DNA from: Tubulanus polymorphus
Lineage: Eukaryota; Animalia; Nemertea
Reading direction: 5' to 3'
DNA: 64,000 bases
Assembly: GCF_964204645.1 (NCBI RefSeq)
Contig: NC_134028.1
Span: 16,251,653 to 16,315,652, forward strand
The notes under the pieces were generated by a model. It searched no databases. It was not told the DNA's origin and saw only the letters and a list, made by a program, of their open reading frames with translations. Numbering within the stretch: the first letter of the stretch is position 1; every line of letters starts with the position of its first letter. Of this stretch, positions 52,245 to 64,000 are shown piece by piece. A program made the position numbers and the translations under genes.

Positions 52245-52440
52245 TGATTGTTTGTTTGTCTTTTTGTTTGTTTGGCTTTACGTACGTCGTTTTGATCTTG
52301 GTTTCCCAAGATTATTCCTATTGGATTGTTCATTTAACCTCACGACGGTACGGCCTTTGATGTGTTGCCCGCACACGGTTCGCAGCCAGCAGGACTCGAA
52401 CCCACTTGTCACTCAGCATTGATAGTGGATTTAACAGCAT
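52245..52440 (-). mobile_element. tRNA-derived SINE-like element
   Basis: Minus strand carries B-box GGTTCGAGTCC and a 3' (CAAA)n tail; 5' end abuts copy C. Confidence 0.5.
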
Positions 52441-52545
52441 CATAATATAAACCATCATTATTTTCATGTGTATCGATGTATGGAATATGTTTATATACTT
52501 TACCTGCATCCATTTATTATATAAATTTTTATTAAAATTAAAATT

Positions 52546-53700
52546 CTAATACATAACACTATTTAATTGAGAATTTACAATATTTAATTGCGCGTCAGAT
52601 ATAATAAAAATGTGCATTTTGAAATTTTTTATTCCTTTTTTCTTTTTCATGCATAATTGTATTCCATCTTTAGTGTTCTGTAGTTTTTTCCCAGAACCAT
52701 GTAATTTTACTTTTTCATTCATAAAATGTTTTCTAATTTCTGGCCATTGATCTATCATTCTCATTCCTTGACAAAATATTTTATTTGCTATTCCTTCGAT
52801 AGTTATTTCTACTTTTATTATTTCAGGATTATAATACTTATCGACCTGTATTGCGCCATTAGAATATGTTGCAATTGTAAAAAATATTAATAAACCTTTA
52901 ATAGATCTTCTTGGGAAGTCAATATTCTCATTAATAATTCCATCACTTGCATTAATAGTTACAGTTTTAAATCTATCAATATAATCATATAATAATGAAA
53001 ATCCTTGATTGTATTGAGTTTGAATTGTGTTAGCAATATTTTCATCAGTTACTGTATCATATTTTAAACATATATTCGATAATTTATAACCCATATCTTT
53101 AACAACGCTAGATAATACAATTTCATTTACAGGAGCAAATGTTATCTCAAATATAACATCTTCTTGAATTGCATATTTATATAAAGGTGCATTATTATTC
53201 ATCAATTCAAAGTCTAATGGAATTTTATATTTGCTTCCATATATCCTTTCTATCCAACTATCTACGTCATTAGCTACTACTGCATTATTGGCTTCAGATC
53301 TTAATTTATTTTGGTTTTCTGATTGGATGCCTTGAAATATCATATTATTTCTATTTTCATTAGTTAACCATAAATCTTTATAATGCATAAATAAATTATA
53401 ATCATCTAATGAGAAAACTGTTTCTGGACCAATCTTTATAGTTAATTTTTCAATCAAATATCTTCCAACATTATCAACAACATAATTATTATTATCACCA
53501 GTTACTTTTATATCAGCTGATAAATAAATACTATTTGGAACATATAGAGTATTTTTTGTTAATCTAGGGATTCTAACATATAAAGTTTCATCAGGATTAC
53601 TATTAGAAGGGTTATGAGTAATTATATGATGTGATCTTTCTGCTTTAATAGCATTAGATATTCTAGAATTCTTAGAAGGACTTATATAACTCCCACTCAT
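52546..53700 (-). CDS. Putative major capsid protein (copy C), open but with an in-frame deletion
   Basis: 384-aa ORF lacking the 31 residues SSENC...TEDNS present in copy A. Confidence 0.72.
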   Translation of the reverse strand: MSGSYISPSKNSRISNAIKAERSHHIITHNPSNSNPDETLYVRIPRLTKNTLYVPNSIYLSADIKVTGDNNNYVVDNVGRYLIEKLTIKIGPETVFSLDDYNLFMHYKDLWLTNENRNNMIFQGIQSENQNKLRSEANNAVVANDVDSWIERIYGSKYKIPLDFELMNNNAPLYKYAIQEDVIFEITFAPVNEIVLSSVVKDMGYKLSNICLKYDTVTDENIANTIQTQYNQGFSLLYDYIDRFKTVTINASDGIINENIDFPRRSIKGLLIFFTIATYSNGAIQVDKYYNPEIIKVEITIEGIANKIFCQGMRMIDQWPEIRKHFMNEKVKLHGSGKKLQNTKDGIQLCMKKKKGIKNFKMHIFIISDAQLNIVNSQLNSVMY

Positions 53701-53719
53701 TTATTTAACAAAAAATTAT

Positions 53720-55434
53720 TTATCTATTTTTTATCATATTCACTAATCCAAAATAATTGCACTTACAACTGTAATTAAAAATAAAATAATATGTTCAGCA
53801 GCAAAGTTAATAATGTTTCCTACAGATTTCAATATAAAACCAACAATTGATGCAATACCTCCGGGTAATGCTGCAGCAGATTTTTTAGATAGTTCCCATA
53901 AATATTTTGCTAATTTTTTTAAACCATCCTTAATTTTATCTTGTATAGAATTATTATCATTCGGGGGTTTATCCGGTTTATTTGGAGTAGGTGTAGATTT
54001 CAATGAATTTGATATAGCTAAACCTATTGTTGTAAATACCATAGTAACAGCTGTTAGAATTGACAGAATTGTTATACCTTCTAATTTAAATAATAATCTT
54101 ATTCTATCTTTTAATGATATTTCAGAATTTGGTTTTATCAACAAATCATTAAAAATAACATTTAATCTATTAATATTATAATCATATGATTTTAATAATA
54201 ATTTAATTTCTTCTTTCTGTACTTCTAAATTATCAATTTCTTTTTCTAAATTTATAATTCTTTGTCTATGTTCCATTTCATCAATTACTTGATGATCTAA
54301 ATCAGACTTTAATTGTTCTATTTCTTCATTTGCATTAGTTAATTCTTTTTCTAAAAATCTAATTTTAATATCTCTTATACTTTTATTATGTGCAATTTTA
54401 TCAGCTGATTCTTGCATACCTTTAATTTCTCTACGTGTTTGTTCAGGAAATGCTTCTAATTCTTCATCAGTTAAATCAAATAATCCTTTTTCTGGTAAAG
54501 ATTTTATTCGATTTATTCCAGTTTCAGTACCGGGTGTATCTAAAACACTATTCATCTCTTCTTCAAATGAATGAACTCTATCTAATATGCTATCAAAATG
54601 TTTTACTAATTGTAATTGACTTGAAACATTATCAATTTGTTGAATATCTCTTCTCGATGTTTCTGGTGTTGAAGATCTTAATCTATCTAATCGACTTGCA
54701 AAATCTTCATCAGTTTCTGGATCAACAAAAGTAGGATTTTGATTTGGATTTTTAAATGGTGAATATTTGTTTATATCAATATTCGGAATTGGTTCTTCTT
54801 CATTTATTCTATCGAGTGCATTCCATATAATTCTGAGAAATTCTCTACCGCCTTTTGAACCTTCAATTGTAGATCTTGCTCGCATTCCAGGTTCAAACAT
54901 ATTTTCTTGTCCCATTTTAGATAATTGTATTGATTCAGTTTTACCATTTAATTCAAGATTATAATACCATGAATCATTTTTAGATTTTAAATTATTCATG
55001 AAAAATGGGTCATCTTTTCTAATTTGTATTGCAATATCTTCTGGTTCAATGTTATATGTTATATCCTTTGGTAATAATTCGTTTACAACTGTACTTATTA
55101 CTATAGATTTCATTAAATATAATTCTTCTTTCAATTCAGGGTTTTCTGTTCTTTCTAATCTATCAATTAAATATTTTCTTTCTGGTCTAGTTTTAATAAC
55201 CCCCTGTCATGCTGTCATATATTCTTCAAATTTTTTGTATGTTTTAGTATCATCTTTAAATTCATCATAATCATATAATATAGGCCCACTAGAATCATCT
55301 TCATCTTCATCTAAATTAGTATTATATGTTGTTTTATCATCCTTATCAATACTAGTATCATTAAATTTAGGTTGTGGTTCATCACTTATACCAGGGTCGT
55401 CACCAAAAGTATCCAATGGAATATCTTCTTCCAT
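53720..55434 (-). pseudogene. Coiled-coil/membrane-helix protein (copy C)
   Basis: ORFs 55207..55434 and 53743..55134 separated by a stop; central region resembles copy A. Confidence 0.75.
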
Positions 55435-55450
55435 TTATATAATAAAAAAA

Positions 55451-56746
55451 TCAAAATTTAAAATATAATATTCCTCCGATTACAATTACTATACAAGTTA
55501 TAGCTAATTTAGCATTTTCATGGGATTTATTATCATCATTTAGTTTAATTATTTCATGTTGAATATTATCAGTTTTAATATTTTCTGATGTATTATAATC
55601 TTTTATTTTAGAATCATTATTTAATTTAATATTCTTAGTTTTAGTTTCTGTTGATTGAATATGTTTTTCTATTTTTTTCACCTTCCATTAATTTTGGAGC
55701 AGTAATAATCTTTTTATTTATATCACTTAATCCAAATGAATTATTTATTGTTGCAGTTTTAATTAGATTATTATAACCAATTATATTTCCCATCTTTAAT
55801 ACTAAATCATTAGAAATAATTAATAGATTAGGGCCTATACAATAATTTAATCTAATATGTGATTTATCTAAATAATTTTGATATTTTACAATGTTTTCTG
55901 GAATCGATCTATTTTTATCATTATGAATTGAATCTTCAAATAAAACTTTAAATTGTTTCTGTGTATCAAATGATGTGTTATCATTTCCAACTATTGGTGA
56001 TCTTGTTTCAACTTGCGCACCTAAAATACATATCAAATAAGTTCTAATAGATTGATTTATTCTTTGTATACCTGATTTTGTAAAACCTTCACTATTTTCT
56101 AAAATGAAATTAATCCAACCATTATTATTATCACTTTTATAATTATGATAAGCTCCAATTCTATGCATATAATCAATTCTTTTTATTTCATACTGTTCAC
56201 CAATACCTTACAATTTACCATGCGCTCAAAAATCGGATCTAATATTTATATTAAATTCATTACATATTTTATAAAACTTAGATAGATTAATATTATTATC
56301 CAATTCTTTAAAATATTTAGATCCGGGCAAAGGACATTCCAATTCATTTAATATTATTCTAATTTGAAACTATGTGTGAAATCTAAATATTGTGTGAATT
56401 AATTTTAAATCAGAATAATTCAAATTTTTATCTAAGTTATTTAAATGATCATTCCAACTTATACCACAACCAGTTGTTGCACAATAAACAGCAAAATTTA
56501 ATTGATTCTGGCAATATTTCATATTAGATTTTACTTTATATATATGATATTCATCTCGAGTAAAATTAACTTCATATGTATTAAATATATATTCCATTTT
56601 AGAAATAAAAAACTGTGTTTCAGTAACATAAATTTCTAAATTAGTTAATGAATTTAAAACTAAATTTTTATATTTAATATTTAATTTTTTAAAAATCTAT
56701 TATATTTAATTGATTTATTATATTGGAAAGCTTTTGGAAAAACCAT
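55451..56746 (-). pseudogene. Homolog of the 444-aa TM-anchored protein (copy C)
   Basis: QNQLNFAVYCATTGCGISW and EGFTKSGIQRINQSIRTY; frameshifted; middle region differs from A and B. Confidence 0.8.
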
Positions 56747-56762
56747 TTATATAATTAAAAAA

Positions 56763-57053
56763 TTAATAATTAACTAATTCTTTTAATAATTTATCTTGTT
56801 CTTCAACTGTTATATGGCCATTTAAACTTATTATATAATCTAGTGTATTTTTTAATTTATTAATTTCTTTTATATTATTTTTAATTTTTTCTTTATTACT
56901 TTTTATATTTAATTTTGAACTTATACCAGTTAAAACACTTGATGATAATCCTAGCACGCCAATTGATATAGCTAAAGGAGTTAATGCACTGAATATTGCT
57001 AGAAATGTTATTACAGAACTAATTGTAACCGAACCACTGATAATAAAATATAT
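56763..57053 (-). pseudogene. Two-TM protein, 3' part (copy C)
   Basis: Matches 41538-41830. Confidence 0.75.
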
Positions 57054-58599
57054 TTAAACTGAAGGAGCAACTGTTGTATCTTCAACTGATTCAATGTTTA
57101 CAGTATTGAATAAATTAATATTTTCATTTAAATTACGTGAAACGGGAATTAGTTTTACAACTTTAAAAAAGATATACAATATAAAATCTAAACCTTTTTA
57201 TAAATTAGATGCACTTGATATCGAAGAAGATTTTGATATAAGATTATTATCTAAAAGTGAATTTAAAAAATTAGAAGAAATGAAAGTGTTGTCCATGTGA
57301 TGAAGCTTGTTAGATCCGTGCATCCCCTAGCTGGTAACGCTTGTCCATTATCTGGCTCGTTCAAGGGAAAATCGTGCACATATTATTCTATCATGTGGTA
57401 TATTCACAAATAGCTATTATGATTTGAATTTTTAGTTTTACTGCGAAATACAACTTTAAATCGGTAATTTCAGCATGTGCTTACTGTTATTGTTTATGTG
57501 TGCAAGTCCATATTTCTGACACCATCTCCATTGAATGCTGACTGTTTCCAGTCATTTCACTAGACATCTCAAAGGGCATTTAATCCTTTTGGAAATTTTT
57601 TGAAATAATTAATTCTTCCTATTATATACTGTTGCTGCCATCATATGACATCATAAACATATACATGTATTAATGGGTGTACTGTATTACAGTCATTTAA
57701 GCGAATAAATGGTGTTGATTTCTTCAATCTCATAATATATAGGGTACATGCAACGAACGCACACATGTACTTGTGTCCATTATCAACTGATACCTCGCGC
57801 AGATTGCGGGTTGTATGGGAACTACGTAAAAAGGAGAAAAATAATTGATTGACTAATTTAGGGCTGATTATTGATCTTTTTTTCAGTCAGATCTCAGCTT
57901 GTTATCTATATACAAAAGTAAAATTTGGTTTAATCAAAGTACACTTTCAGTATTGTCAATGTTAATGAAACTTGTTGGATCTATCCATCCCCTAGCTTAT
58001 ATGGCTTGTTAAATATCTAGCTCGTTAAAACCTAGCTTATAAGTGTGTCTTTCTATGGAGCTTGCAATCTCGAACTCGCTCATTAGTATAGCTCATAAGG
58101 GCAGAAGCTTGTAGTACCATTTAGTGGGTACGGAGGGACGGACGGACGACGGACGAAAAGTGAACGCAATAGCCCGCTGGGAATAAAGTCCCAAGTGGGC
58201 TTAAAAGGACTCAATTTTGGCCAGTGTGAACTTTTAAAATGATAACTTGCTTTAACGAGAGTGAAATCTTCGAAAAATTGATTATGGGCCTTTTTCCAGA
58301 ACAAATGTTCATAATTCTAATACATCCCTTGAATGACGTAAACAACTAAAAACTATGAGTGACCCGTTAAGATACGGTACAAACTTGGTGAGGGCCTGGG
58401 TTTCATCGGAGGTTGTTCATTATCATACGGACCAATCAGGACAGAAGCTCCCAAGTTCTTCAAATTTGAGGCCAGTGCCGGTTACTGCCGAAACAAAATT
58501 TAGCGAGTGATATGGTTTTTGATAATTTCACGTTAGGATTGCTTTTAGGTAGCTTAATACATCTCCACTCAGACAAATCGTTGTAATGGCGTCCAAATT

Positions 58600-64000
<5,401 letters not shown>

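Larger units (their letters stand above)
52441..57053 (-). mobile_element. Polinton-like virus, partial copy C (structural module only)
   Basis: Capsid, coiled-coil, 444-aa and two-TM genes in the same order and orientation as A and B; both ends truncated within genes. Confidence 0.9.

Noticed and set aside
52370-52440. tRNA gene
   Set aside because: Only a B-box/T-arm is visible, with no full cloverleaf, followed by a body and simple-repeat tail; better read as a SINE.
2221-57053. Prophage, bacterial contaminant or integrated poxvirus
   Set aside because: Gene set (pPolB, rve integrase, small genome with TIRs) is Polinton-type, it is interleaved with animal transposons, and no poxvirus core genes are visible.

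Overview
Repeat-dense animal (probably marine invertebrate) genomic DNA, almost entirely nested mobile elements. The main content is three co-oriented, diverged and decayed copies of one very AT-rich Polinton/Maverick-like integrating DNA virus: A ~2221-21908, B ~31803-46820 and partial C ~52441-57053. Together they encode protein-primed PolB, an rve integrase with chromodomain, a packaging ATPase, putative major and minor capsid proteins, an HNH nuclease, a putative SSB and several membrane proteins. Two features stand out. Nearly every viral gene starts in a TAAATG context, which is the poxvirus late-promoter signature. The right ends of A and B carry 68-91 bp fold-back hairpins with 12-nt loops, whose sequence has diverged while pairing is kept. 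This suggests, as inference only, a virophage-like hyperparasite of a cytoplasmic large DNA virus. Also present: two BEL/Pao retrotransposon remnants, a solo LTR with a 5-bp TSD, two LINE 3' fragments, a Helentron-type non-autonomous family carrying a 31-bp satellite, a CACTA/EnSpm-like remnant split by copy B, MITEs, a SINE and one host-like RGS-domain exon. All family assignments come from motif recognition; no database search was run.
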